DNA from: Candidatus Campbellbacteria bacterium
GTDB lineage: Bacteria > Patescibacteriota > Minisyncoccia > Phycocordibacterales > EsbW-18
DNA length: 64,000 nucleotides
Direction of reading: 5' to 3'
NCBI GenBank assembly: GCA_024653945.1
Contig: JANLIT010000001.1
Location: forward strand, 20,641 to 84,640
Positions 35,848 to 45,405 of this stretch are shown here, piece by piece. The notes beneath the pieces were generated by a model. The model ran no database searches and was not told the origin of the DNA. It saw only the letters and a program-made list of their open reading frames with translations. The position numbers and the translations under genes are program-made. The first letter of the stretch is position 1. Each line of letters begins with the position of its first letter.

Positions 35848-37584
35848 CTAGAGCTGTTGTCGGTCGGGTGGAATTTGATAGTAGTTTATGAGGAAATCAA
35901 CAGTATCCATGAATGGCAGAGTAAATGTTTGCGAAGCAAATGTAGTACCGTGCGGTTCTTCGGCAAAGAAGAACACGAGAAACCTCGGCTGGTATGCGGG
36001 AAAGTATCCGAAGAACGAGTGAAGGAATCTATCGTCATAGTAGCCACTACCACCCTTTTTTGCAATTTGAGCCGTTCCTGTCTTTGCAGCTATTGCATAG
36101 GTGTCTTTTTTGACTGTTCCGCCGAGTAAGTATGTATCAACAACCTCTACAAGCATTCGTGTGATTGTTTCACTTGTTTTTGGTTGTATAACTTGTTTCT
36201 CTTCTGGGTGTGTGGTCATTTTTGAAAAACCGAGATCATAGACAATCTCCTGAACCACGTGCGGAGAAATAAGTTTTCCTCCATTTGCGAGTGCAGAGAG
36301 CGCTCGTACCATAGCAATTGGTGTCACCGCAATTCCTTGTCCAAATCCTGCGGTAATGTGTTCTATATCACGAGATGTATCAAGCGGTTTTAAATTACCC
36401 GGAACTTCTCCAGGAAGATCAATTCCTGTTTCTATTCCTAAACCAAAATTGTTCATGTACTGCGTAAAGCGTTTGTTCCCCAATCGTGAAACGACATACG
36501 CCATACCAGTGTTGAGTGAATTACCAAGCACTTTTTGCATACTTGTGTTTGGCCCCCGACCTTTGAGGTCATAGTTCCAAATTGTGTATCCGTTTGCCTC
36601 CACAAATCCCTTATCGGTGTACGTTGTGTCTGGCGTTACCACACCAGCATCCAAACCTGCTGCCATGGTGATTGGTTTCATAATAGAACCCATTTCAAAT
36701 GTCCCTTCTACAATAGGATTTCCAAATACCATTGGATCTGTAACACCTGAAAAATCATTCGGATTAAACGTCGGCAAAATCGCAAGTGCATAGATAGCTC
36801 CTGTTACTGGATCAATGATGATTCCACCGAGCGTCTTTGGGGTAAGCTCTTTGTCTACTTTTACAAGAACATCTTCAAGAAACCCCTGCACATTAGGTTC
36901 AATCGTCGTAACCACATCACCTTCCCCTTCTTCGTTTTGCGTACGGGCAACATCTTGTACGGTGGAAAAAATTTCAACAAAAATATTTTTGTACAACTTT
37001 TTGTCGTTTCTCTGTAACAAACGTTCGTAATATTTTTCCAAACCATATCGTCCTGCAAATTCATCCCCATTAAATCCAACAAACCCGATGGTGTTTGCGG
37101 CACGTTCTTCACCTGGGTACAAACGCCATCGTTCTTTTTCAAGAGTTACTCCATCAATATCAAGTGCAAGTAGCACGTCGGCGGTTTTTTGGTCAAGACG
37201 ATGTGCGACAACCGCGTAGGTATCATCTGTTTTATCTGCGTATGACAAAAAGGTACCTTCATCTATATCAACAAGAGTGCTTATTTTTGTGTATGCATCT
37301 TCTGCATCTGTTATTTGTGATGGATTGAGCGTCAAAGCAAAACCAGAGCCAAGTGTTGCGGCAGAAACACGTTGACCATTTTTATCCTGAAAAAAGATTG
37401 ACCCTCTATTAAAAAGCCCGCCGCTCGGGCGTGTATATTGATGATTTGCCTCTTCCAAAAACTCATCTCCGTGTACCACCTGCACAAGATACAACTTAGT
37501 GGTAAGACCAAGCGCAAGAAAAAAAAATATAACAAAGAGAACCCGCCCTCGTTTGCGTAAAATATCACTAGTATGCGCGGTCAT
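35848..37584 (-). CDS. ftsI: penicillin-binding protein (FtsI-type transpeptidase)
   Basis: SIMKP (SxxK), SLN and KTGTA motifs, with an N-terminal TM helix. In the dcw cluster. Confidence 0.85.
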   Translation of the reverse strand: MTAHTSDILRKRGRVLFVIFFFLALGLTTKLYLVQVVHGDEFLEEANHQYTRPSGGLFNRGSIFFQDKNGQRVSAATLGSGFALTLNPSQITDAEDAYTKISTLVDIDEGTFLSYADKTDDTYAVVAHRLDQKTADVLLALDIDGVTLEKERWRLYPGEERAANTIGFVGFNGDEFAGRYGLEKYYERLLQRNDKKLYKNIFVEIFSTVQDVARTQNEEGEGDVVTTIEPNVQGFLEDVLVKVDKELTPKTLGGIIIDPVTGAIYALAILPTFNPNDFSGVTDPMVFGNPIVEGTFEMGSIMKPITMAAGLDAGVVTPDTTYTDKGFVEANGYTIWNYDLKGRGPNTSMQKVLGNSLNTGMAYVVSRLGNKRFTQYMNNFGLGIETGIDLPGEVPGNLKPLDTSRDIEHITAGFGQGIAVTPIAMVRALSALANGGKLISPHVVQEIVYDLGFSKMTTHPEEKQVIQPKTSETITRMLVEVVDTYLLGGTVKKDTYAIAAKTGTAQIAKKGGSGYYDDRFLHSFFGYFPAYQPRFLVFFFAEEPHGTTFASQTFTLPFMDTVDFLINYYQIPPDRQQL

Positions 37585-37885
37585 GCAAGGTTAGGGTTTG
37601 GGCTTGTCGGGAAACAAAGAAAGAAACATCTGTATCTATAAAGCCACGCAGGTGCGCTTCATCTAACGTCAACAGACCCATTCGACGCATATAATCACTT
37701 TCAAGCGTACTCACAGAAGCTGATACATCCACCATATTCTGTTCAAGAGTTTCTTGAGCAACAATTCGCGCATAGGTTTGAAATTCTAATACGCCATACA
37801 TTGCAATCATACCAACGAGTATCAGACATAACCCAGCGATGGTTTTTTTGTAGAACGTATTGAGTTGGAAGAGATCGCGGACCAT
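37568..37885 (-). CDS. ftsL: FtsL-like cell-division protein
   Basis: 105 aa, single TM helix plus coiled coil. Sits between rsmH and ftsI. Confidence 0.5.
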   Translation of the reverse strand: MVRDLFQLNTFYKKTIAGLCLILVGMIAMYGVLEFQTYARIVAQETLEQNMVDVSASVSTLESDYMRRMGLLTLDEAHLRGFIDTDVSFFVSRQAQTLTLHDRAY

Positions 37886-38017
37886 ATATGTGGGTAGAAA
37901 GTAGTAGGTAGTAAGTAGTAGGTAGAATGTTGGGAGTTGGGGGTTGGTAGATAGTAGTTGGTATGTGGGGAGTGGGTGTATGAGTTTGTTTCGTATTTCG
38001 AGATTCGAATTTCGTGC

Positions 38018-38899
38018 TTATTTCTCTAGTATTCTTAACTTTGCGCTGCGTGATCGTGGATTTCGTCGTACTTCGTCAAAATCTGGAGGAATGGGCTTCT
38101 TGGTTATTCGGGTACTTCCCTCTTTTTCTTTTTCTTTAAAAAACTCCTTTACCTTTCTGTCCTCTAAACTATGAAAACTGACAACTGCCATTCGCCCTCC
38201 TTTCTTTAAAACTGTGTACCCTTTCGCAAGACCCCCATCGAGTGCTCCGAGCTCATCGTTTACCGCAATTCGTAGTGCTTGAAATGTCTTTGTTGCTGGA
38301 TGAATAGGTCCTCCTTTGTATCCCAAGGCTTCCGTGATGATCTCAACCAATTGTGTTGTTGTCTCAATCGAACTCTTTCGTCGTGCCTCAACAATTGCTT
38401 TTGCAATTTTCTTAGCATTTCGTTCTTCGGCGTACCCAATGAGCACATTTGCAATCTCGTCTTCTTTCCAAGAGTTCACAATATCTTTCGCGGTGAAGTG
38501 TGATGAGTCCTGTTTTTCTTGAAACGTCATAAGAAGCGGTTCGTCGCGCATAAAACTGAATCCTCGTCCTGACTCTTCAAGCTGAAGCGAACTGAGTCCG
38601 ATATCAAATGCGATACCATCAACTTCAGAAATACCCAGTGTGGCAAGTGCTTCATCCACATCACGAAAGTTTGCGTGAACTAAGTGAAGTGTGCAGGCAA
38701 CATCGGCGAGTGTTTCTTTTGCCGCCCTCAGCGCTCCCTCATCTTGGTCCAATCCGATAACGACACCTTTTGGACCAACTACATCACACAGTGCTTTTGT
38801 GTATCCAGCGCCACCAACGGTTGCATCGACAACGGTCGCACCTTTACTCAAGGCCAATCCTTCAATCACGTGTTGTAAAAGAACAGGAACGTGGGTCAT
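38018..38899 (-). CDS. rsmH: 16S rRNA (cytosine1402-N4)-methyltransferase
   Basis: MTHVPVLLQHVIEGL...VVDATVGGAGYTKAL matches the MraW/RsmH family. Confidence 0.9.
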   Translation of the reverse strand: MTHVPVLLQHVIEGLALSKGATVVDATVGGAGYTKALCDVVGPKGVVIGLDQDEGALRAAKETLADVACTLHLVHANFRDVDEALATLGISEVDGIAFDIGLSSLQLEESGRGFSFMRDEPLLMTFQEKQDSSHFTAKDIVNSWKEDEIANVLIGYAEERNAKKIAKAIVEARRKSSIETTTQLVEIITEALGYKGGPIHPATKTFQALRIAVNDELGALDGGLAKGYTVLKKGGRMAVVSFHSLEDRKVKEFFKEKEKEGSTRITKKPIPPDFDEVRRNPRSRSAKLRILEK

Positions 38900-38902
38900 A
38901 GT

Positions 38903-38978
38903 TTCTCTAGCTTCGTTAGCCGTGCTAGCTTCATTAGCTTTGGAATCTCAAGCTAGCGAAGCTAATATAGCTAGTGAA
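38903..38978. repeat. four copies (2 direct, 2 inverted) of the ~13-nt motif TAGCTTCRTTAGC, able to form a long imperfect hairpin with G-U wobbles
   Basis: ctagcttcgttagc, ctagcttcattagc, gctagcgaagctaat, agctagtgaagct. Intergenic between mraZ and rsmH. Confidence 0.7.
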
Positions 38979-38983
38979 GCTCA

Positions 38984-39418
38984 TCATAGAGCTCCTATAC
39001 CACCGAGATGTTCAGCAAGCATATCTGCTTCCTTCTCGATGCGGTGCTTGTATGCATCCCACGCTTTCTCATTCCAAATCTCCGCTCGTGTCTGCACACC
39101 CGTTACCACGACCTTATTTTTCAAATCAGCGAAGTCCTTTAAAAAGTCGGGGATGAGCATGCGACCAGCACCATCAACATCAACCTCCACCGCACCAGAG
39201 AGCATGAATCGTGTGAACCCTCGCATACTTGCTTGACCCATACCAAGTTCACCAAGCCGTCCAGAAATGTTTTGCCACTCTTTGTGTGAATAAATAAATA
39301 AACATCCTTCCAACCCTCTCGTAATCACTAATTTTTTTCCAAGCTCCTGACGAAATTTCACCGGAAGCGAAAGTCGCTTCTTGTCGTCCAGTGTGTGAAT
39401 GTATTCGCCGATTAACAT
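38984..39418 (-). CDS. mraZ: transcriptional regulator MraZ
   Basis: Duplicated SpoVT/AbrB-like halves with the MraZ DxxxR motifs (LDDKKRLSLP... and DGAGRMLIP...). Confidence 0.9.
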   Translation of the reverse strand: MLIGEYIHTLDDKKRLSLPVKFRQELGKKLVITRGLEGCLFIYSHKEWQNISGRLGELGMGQASMRGFTRFMLSGAVEVDVDGAGRMLIPDFLKDFADLKNKVVVTGVQTRAEIWNEKAWDAYKHRIEKEADMLAEHLGGIGAL

Positions 39419-39518
39419 GGATTAGCTTATTAACTTGTAGCTTGTAAGAGGTTGGGGGGAAAAATAATTTGGAATTGGGAAAGACGAGACATTGGGGAAA
39501 CTCGATTATTTCGAGCTT

Positions 39519-39564
39519 CCCACTTTGTCCCACATGATTAGTATTGTATGCCATCCTTTCCCAC
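39519..39564 (-). promoter_or_regulatory. candidate MraZ operator: three GTGGG repeats on the mraZ sense strand (GTGGGaaag...GTGGGacaaaGTGGGaag)
   Basis: The second and third repeats are 10 bp apart. Located 100-145 bp upstream of mraZ. MraZ proteins characteristically bind GTGGG-type direct repeats. Confidence 0.45.
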
Positions 39565-39594
39565 ATGCAAACATAGTTATCCACTTTTGTAGAC

Positions 39595-39637
39595 GCGAAA
39601 AAGGGGCGTCCGGAGCTGATTGCTCTCTGGACGCCCC
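39595..39637 (-). terminator. intrinsic terminator of the GC-rich TM-protein gene
   Basis: 9-bp stem ggggcgtcc / ggacgcccc followed on the minus strand by ttttt. Confidence 0.7.
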
Positions 39638-39649
39638 CTGCGTTGAAAC

Positions 39650-40360
39650 CTACTTGTCGGAGTCGACTTGCAACACCCCGACCGAAAGAACCTCCCTCGC
39701 ACGGGCAATCTCCTCGTCGCGAGCGCGGACACGTTTGGCGTAATCCTGTGACCACTCCCTGAAGTTATCCGCCCTCCAGAACTCCTCTGTGAAGATGACG
39801 CCCGATGGACAGGACTTCTCGTCGGTGGCATCACCTTCATACTTGAGGTAGAAGGTATTCCAGATACGCTCTTCGAGGCCGAACGTCCTGGTCTGACTCT
39901 GGATGGCAACGATTGTTGCCGTTCCACCGACCTCGATGTAGCAGGAATCGCCGAAGGTGTAGGTGCGACCCCCATAGATGATGGGGTCGGGATTGGTGAC
40001 CTTGACGTCGTGCCGAACGGGCACCAACTGGTGTTCGCCAACCTTGAGCCCCTCGACCGCCGCCGCTTTCTCCTTGGCGATCTTCGCGAGTTGGTCCGCG
40101 TAGTCACTCGCTGTGCACCCCTTCCAGATGAGCAAAGCGAACAGGGCGAGACAAGTCACCGAAAGCTTCCAGAGCCGGGGCTTGTACTTCTTCTTCCACT
40201 CTTCGAGGCTCGAGATTGCGGTGGTGGCATTCCACCTATCCCCCTCAACCCGCCTCAGCTCTCCCTTGAGCCTGTTGTTCTCCCCCTCGAGGAGCTTGAT
40301 CTCCATCTCGGAAACGGAAAGCTTGGACTTCTCTTCCGGCGTCTTGTGAACTTCGTCCAT
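39650..40360 (-). CDS. hypothetical single-pass membrane protein with an N-terminal coiled coil, GC-rich (~57%)
   Basis: The ATG at 40360 has an AAGGGAG SD. TM segment LWKLSVTCLALFALLIW. The overlapping +ORF 40010-40414 reads as its antisense artefact. Confidence 0.45.
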   Translation of the reverse strand: MDEVHKTPEEKSKLSVSEMEIKLLEGENNRLKGELRRVEGDRWNATTAISSLEEWKKKYKPRLWKLSVTCLALFALLIWKGCTASDYADQLAKIAKEKAAAVEGLKVGEHQLVPVRHDVKVTNPDPIIYGGRTYTFGDSCYIEVGGTATIVAIQSQTRTFGLEERIWNTFYLKYEGDATDEKSCPSGVIFTEEFWRADNFREWSQDYAKRVRARDEEIARAREVLSVGVLQVDSDK

Positions 40361-40497
40361 TTGAATCTCCCTTCGGTTGTAGGTTTTGCGAGGAAACACT
40401 CCTCGAACTTCTGAGGTTTATTATAGCAAAAACAAAGTATTTGTCAAGTATATAGAAAAAGGGCCACCTTGCGGCAGCCCCTCAAATCCACCACTAC

Positions 40498-41154
40498 TCA
40501 GAGAACCGTCCACAGAATGGTAACCGCGAGCCAGCTCACCTCGTTCCCCATTTCACTGAGGACGAGACCGCGCAGTTCACGACTCCAGCCACGGCGCGCT
40601 GCCACGAAAAGCTGCGCCATTCTGGTTAGAATCGTCATGTGTCCGACGACAATCATGATGATTCCGATACCAGGAGCGCCACCGACGATGGCAATCTTGA
40701 TTGCTTGCCCAATCTGTGGGGTCACTTTGAACAGCAAGGACAGACACCCTCGCATAATACCATCGCTCGACGAGAGCTTCTTGATGTGGGCAAAAACCCA
40801 CAGCCCGAAGATTCCGAGACAAAGTGCGACGGCAATGGCCGAATCCACTCGTGACCACTCGTTCAAGCCACCCTTCGCGAAGAAAAGCGTGAGATTTGAA
40901 CTCCAGAGGATAACCCAGAGCGTGTAAACAAACACCACCTGCTTCTCGGCGCGTGACTTGTTACCTCGATGTGCACGAAGTGCAAGGATGAGATTGATCA
41001 CAAGAAACATCTCAACCCCGAGAAACATCGTGACGAGAACCCCATGCACCGAGTTCTTTGCCATGTGGAGAAACTGACCGATGTTGAAGAACATCGTGAG
41101 AACGACCTGCGCTACAAAGAACAGGTCCCCTACGAAATTCCTTTGGTTGTTCAC
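40498..41154 (-). CDS. hypothetical polytopic membrane protein, GC-rich
   Basis: GTG start preceded by AAGGAGG. Five or six hydrophobic helices. Confidence 0.45.
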   Translation of the reverse strand: MNNQRNFVGDLFFVAQVVLTMFFNIGQFLHMAKNSVHGVLVTMFLGVEMFLVINLILALRAHRGNKSRAEKQVVFVYTLWVILWSSNLTLFFAKGGLNEWSRVDSAIAVALCLGIFGLWVFAHIKKLSSSDGIMRGCLSLLFKVTPQIGQAIKIAIVGGAPGIGIIMIVVGHMTILTRMAQLFVAARRGWSRELRGLVLSEMGNEVSWLAVTILWTVL

Positions 41155-41300
41155 CCCTCTCCTCCTTACGCAGTTAATCCCGCAAAATGTTTTTTATCGT
41201 GACGAGCAAAATGCTCGATTGTTTTTTCTCTGAAATAAGTTGTCAATTGTACACACCCAAGGGCAAGTATAGCAGATATTAGGTATTTGTCAATACCCTT

Positions 41301-42779
41301 CTACTGCTCACTTCGTGGACGCATGAGTGGAAAAATTTGTCCTTCACGAACATTCAAATTCATAAGAAAACTAAAGAGTCGTTCAGAAACGCCAAAACCA
41401 AATGTTGGTGGCATACCGTATTCCATTGCTTCAACATATTCCATATCTGCCATTTGTGCTTCTTCATCACCTTTATCACGCAACGCCTGTTGTTGAACAA
41501 AACGTTCACGTTGATCAATTGGGTCATTGAGTTCACTAAATCCCTTCCCCATTTCAGAACCTGCAAGAATAACTTGGAATCGTTCAACTGTCGCATCATC
41601 ATCTCGTGAACGCTTTGCAAGAGGTTCAAGATATACAGGAACTCCGATAAGAAATGCTGGGCCACCAATTGTTTTTCGAATATTTTTCCACAACCCATCT
41701 ACCGCACGCTCTTTTGATTCAGGGGTTGGCATATGTGGGTTTGTTTTTTTGTAGAGTGCAATCGCATCTTCTTCGACGACTTTCCGTGGGTCAATTCCAT
41801 ACTCTTTTTGAATACGTTCGCAGAAATGTATGCGTGGCCACTCATTATTCAAATCAATCTCAAATTCTCCAATCGTAAACTTTGTCGTACTAAATGTTTT
41901 TTCTGCGACCGTTCGATACAAATCCTGCACTAACAGCATCCCTGTTTCAAAATCAGCATATGACTCATAACTTTCAAGTTGTGTGTAGTCCTGTAAATGT
42001 TCTGCGGACATTCCTTCGTTGCGGAAAATGCGTCCGATCTCAAATGTTTTTGGAATACCTGCAACCATCAACTTTTTCTGCCACAATTCTCCTGCTGAAA
42101 TACGCAAAAACACATCAATATCAAGAGCATTGTGGTGTGTGATAAACGGACGTGCTTCAGCACCTCCGGTAATTGTTTCAAGAACCGGTGTTTCTACTTC
42201 TGTATATCCACGTTCAAGATAAAACGTTCGCATGGCATTCCAAAAAATTGAACGCTTTTCAACAACTTGTCGCGCAGTATCGTTCGTTAGAATATCCAAA
42301 TAGCGACGGCGGAGTCGTTCTTCTGAGTCAGTAATACCAACCCATTTCTCAGGAAGTGAGCGGAGTGATTTTGAAAGCATTGCCCACGAAGACACGAGCA
42401 CACTTGGTTCGCCTCGTTTTGTTTTTGTTGGAACACCTGAGAGGTCAACAAAGTCACCGACATCAACGATATCAACAAAAAGTGCAAACGCATCGCCAAG
42501 CATATCCGCTTTGAAATATCCTTGAATTTTTCCTGTGCCGTCAAAAATATCCGCAAACAACATTTCCCCATGTTCGCGGATTGCCATCACTCGTCCTGCA
42601 ACCGTTGTTGGCGCTCCATCAACTTTTGAATCAAAATCAATCAGTAAATCACCGATGGTTGTTGTGCGCGAGGAAACGGCCGGATACGCTGGAATACCCT
42701 TTTCTTTCAAAAGGGCGAGTTTTTTGAGTCGGTCATTTCGAATATCTTCAAGGGACATAAGTCGCATAACATGTAACAC
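41301..42779 (-). CDS. lysS: lysyl-tRNA synthetase (class II)
   Basis: N-terminal OB anticodon-binding domain and class II motifs (FRNEG). Confidence 0.9.
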   Translation of the reverse strand: MLHVMRLMSLEDIRNDRLKKLALLKEKGIPAYPAVSSRTTTIGDLLIDFDSKVDGAPTTVAGRVMAIREHGEMLFADIFDGTGKIQGYFKADMLGDAFALFVDIVDVGDFVDLSGVPTKTKRGEPSVLVSSWAMLSKSLRSLPEKWVGITDSEERLRRRYLDILTNDTARQVVEKRSIFWNAMRTFYLERGYTEVETPVLETITGGAEARPFITHHNALDIDVFLRISAGELWQKKLMVAGIPKTFEIGRIFRNEGMSAEHLQDYTQLESYESYADFETGMLLVQDLYRTVAEKTFSTTKFTIGEFEIDLNNEWPRIHFCERIQKEYGIDPRKVVEEDAIALYKKTNPHMPTPESKERAVDGLWKNIRKTIGGPAFLIGVPVYLEPLAKRSRDDDATVERFQVILAGSEMGKGFSELNDPIDQRERFVQQQALRDKGDEEAQMADMEYVEAMEYGMPPTFGFGVSERLFSFLMNLNVREGQIFPLMRPRSEQ

Positions 42780-42789
42780 GCAACATGTA

Positions 42790-42885
42790 ACACACTATTA
42801 CATACTTCACGGTTCATGTTTTTTGCTACATGCTTCATGATTCATGATACATGCTGCATGCTACATGTTACATGATTCATAAACC
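42790..42885. repeat. CATG-rich intergenic repeats related to the 18582-18677 family (gctacatgcttcatg, catgctacatg, acatgtaacac)
   Basis: Shares the 13-mer tacatgcttcatg and catgctacatg with the rnc-upstream tandem repeat. Lies between the greA stop and the lysS start. Confidence 0.7.
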
Positions 42886-43356
42886 CTAGTCGATAGAGAC
42901 AATGGTGTACTCTATCTTCTTTCCTGTTGGTGTAGAGAACATGAAGATTTCACCTTTTTCTTTTCCCATAAGAGATGAGCCCAGTGGGGACAAAAAAGAA
43001 ATACGTCCCAATGATGTATCAGCTTCTTCTGAACCAACAACAAGAAGTTCTTTTTTCTCTTTTTCTCCCTTTTTCTGAATAGTAACCGTTGAACCAATCT
43101 CCACAACACTGCTGTGGTGTTTTTTTACAATTTCAGCCGAATCCAATAGTCCTACGAGATATTTGATACGTGATTCAATCTGCCCTTGTGTTTGGCGAGC
43201 TTGTTGATATTCTGCGTTTTCGGAAAGATCGCCTAAAGAACGCGCATACTCAAGCTGTCGGGCGATTTCGTTTCGCTGAGTTGTAATTAAAAAATCAAGC
43301 TCATTTTTGAGCTCGTCGTGTTTCTCTTTTGTTAAATATTGTTTTCCGTCATCCAT
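42886..43356 (-). CDS. greA: transcription elongation factor GreA
   Basis: LTKEKHDELKNELDFL...RSLGDLSENAEY matches the GreA family. Confidence 0.9.
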   Translation of the reverse strand: MDDGKQYLTKEKHDELKNELDFLITTQRNEIARQLEYARSLGDLSENAEYQQARQTQGQIESRIKYLVGLLDSAEIVKKHHSSVVEIGSTVTIQKKGEKEKKELLVVGSEEADTSLGRISFLSPLGSSLMGKEKGEIFMFSTPTGKKIEYTIVSID

Positions 43357-43419
43357 ACCCTTGTGCCTACTATATGGGGGAGTATTTTACCTGTTGTGGA
43401 AACAAAAGACAAGGACCCC

Positions 43420-45201
43420 CTAAAGACCCCTTTGTTCTGCATCAAAATATTCAGGGGTATTGGTGTGCATCCAATCAAACAAGCGTCGCATCACCGAGGC
43501 CGAGCCGACAAGATTCGTTACTGGACCGTGTTCCATAACCATCACAAATGCGTACCGTGGTGATTCATAGGGCCAGAATCCCTCAATCCATGAGTTCACG
43601 CGCTCCTTGGAAACACCGAGTTCCGCGGTCCCTGTTTTTCCAGCAAACTCTGTGTATGCCACATTAAGTGCTTTTGCCGTTCCTTCCGTGGCACCTCGAC
43701 GCATTCCTTCTCGTACCACGGCAAGAACATCACTATCAATTGGAATGGTATCAACTGGCGATATCCCTGCATCGCTACGCAAATGAGGAACGACAAGGAG
43801 ACCGTCGTTTGCAATCGCTGCAATACCGCGAACCATTTGCAGTGGTGTTACCTGAAATCCATACTGGCCAATACTCGTGTTATAGGTGTCGCCCACTCGC
43901 CACGGGTCGTCAGGAAAATGTTCTTGCTTCCACGCAATACTTGGAATAAGACCATCAACTTCTCCTGAAATATCAATACCCGTTTTTGTGCCAATACCAA
44001 ACAAACGTGTATACGTTCCTATGTTTTCAATTCCCAATCCTTTCTGATCTCCAAATCCTCCTCCGATGGTCATGAAGTACACATTTGATGATACGGCAAT
44101 CGCTTGACGCATATCCACCCACCCGTGCGCTTTCCAATCCTTAAAGACGGTTGGTTTGTCGGGATTATATGGATTCGGGACACGCAATGAGCCGTCACTG
44201 AAAATTTGTTTTTCAGGAGTAATCACCTTTTCTGCAAGCGCCCCAATGGCAATGAATGGTTTTATAATTGACCCTGGCGTGTATCGCCCACCTATTGCTC
44301 GATTGAGAAACGGGTTTTGCGTATCAGCACTATACGCCGCGATTGCTTGTACGTCAGACCCACTTGAGAGAATATTTGGATCAAACCCAGGAATACTGAC
44401 GAGTGCAATAATTTCACCGGTTGTTACATCCATAATAATGCCGGCGCCTCCAGTGAACCCCTTTTCATCCATCAAATCCTGCGCATACTCATATAACTCT
44501 TTTTGTATACGACTATCTATGGTGAGCCGAAGTGGTTCGCCGTCTTTAGGTTTGGTAATCGTCGAACCGGCTATTCTTTTTCCAAGCGCATCTTGCTCCA
44601 CAATTTTTCGTCCCTGCTCACCCGCAAGAAGAGAATCATACATTTCTTCAACTCCTTCAACGCCAGTAATAGCATTTTGAATATAATATCCATTGGGATC
44701 CATCTTTGGATATCGCACATACCCTACAATATGCGATAGCGCCAGGTGCGGGTCATACTTTCGTAACGAGAACGTTTCGCTGTCCGTATCGCTTGTTGTT
44801 GCTGTTGATGATGTGGCTTCCTGTGACTCGTTCCATGCGAGTACAAGACCGTTTCTATCATATATTGGACCCCGCTGAGAAAAGATAAGTGTGTGATTCA
44901 ATCGGTTAGATTCAGCGAGTGACGCATACTGTTCTCCTGACATAATTTGTAGAAAAAAAACACGTCCCACAATAAGCACACCCACACAGGTAAGAAAGAG
45001 CCCGAATAGAAAAAGTTCTCGTCGTGCTATTGGCTTTTCAATTTTTCCTTCAAATTGGTTCGTATCAAATTGAGGAATGTTGCGCGCGTCTAAAAATATC
45101 TCATCTGGACTTATATCGTGGACAGGAATACTTTTTTTACGACGAAAAAGCATCATAGCGAACGGAGCGACGAATAAAAAATATTCCAAAACACACCACA
45201 A
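43420..45201 (-). CDS. mrdA: penicillin-binding protein 2 (elongasome transpeptidase)
   Basis: SIIKP (SxxK), SSN and KTGTA motifs. Adjacent to mreBCD. Confidence 0.85.
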   Translation of the reverse strand: MWCVLEYFLFVAPFAMMLFRRKKSIPVHDISPDEIFLDARNIPQFDTNQFEGKIEKPIARRELFLFGLFLTCVGVLIVGRVFFLQIMSGEQYASLAESNRLNHTLIFSQRGPIYDRNGLVLAWNESQEATSSTATTSDTDSETFSLRKYDPHLALSHIVGYVRYPKMDPNGYYIQNAITGVEGVEEMYDSLLAGEQGRKIVEQDALGKRIAGSTITKPKDGEPLRLTIDSRIQKELYEYAQDLMDEKGFTGGAGIIMDVTTGEIIALVSIPGFDPNILSSGSDVQAIAAYSADTQNPFLNRAIGGRYTPGSIIKPFIAIGALAEKVITPEKQIFSDGSLRVPNPYNPDKPTVFKDWKAHGWVDMRQAIAVSSNVYFMTIGGGFGDQKGLGIENIGTYTRLFGIGTKTGIDISGEVDGLIPSIAWKQEHFPDDPWRVGDTYNTSIGQYGFQVTPLQMVRGIAAIANDGLLVVPHLRSDAGISPVDTIPIDSDVLAVVREGMRRGATEGTAKALNVAYTEFAGKTGTAELGVSKERVNSWIEGFWPYESPRYAFVMVMEHGPVTNLVGSASVMRRLFDWMHTNTPEYFDAEQRGL

Positions 45202-45400
45202 GTGCTACTGCTGTTACAAAAAAACGAATACCAAAAAGTTCGTGTGTCGCATAGAGCATGTCGTACAACGCAGCAATAATGACCCCCTCAAGAAAAAGCG
45301 GGAATCGAAATGATACACCGGCGATTGCAACCATAAAAACCCACCATGGAAATAGTACCGAGAGAAGAAAAATGCCAAGAACTAGTGCGGGGCGTTCCAT
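45137..45400 (-). CDS. mreD: rod shape-determining protein MreD
   Basis: 87-aa polytopic membrane protein in the canonical position. Confidence 0.5.
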   Translation of the reverse strand: MERPALVLGIFLLSVLFPWWVFMVAIAGVSFRFPLFLEGVIIAALYDMLYATHELFGIRFFVTAVALVVCFGIFFIRRSVRYDAFSS

Positions 45401-45405
45401 AGACG

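Noticed and set aside
38691-39236. 181-aa + ORF spanning rsmH/mraZ
   Set aside because: Antisense to two well-supported conserved genes, with Ala/Ser/Pro-rich low complexity.
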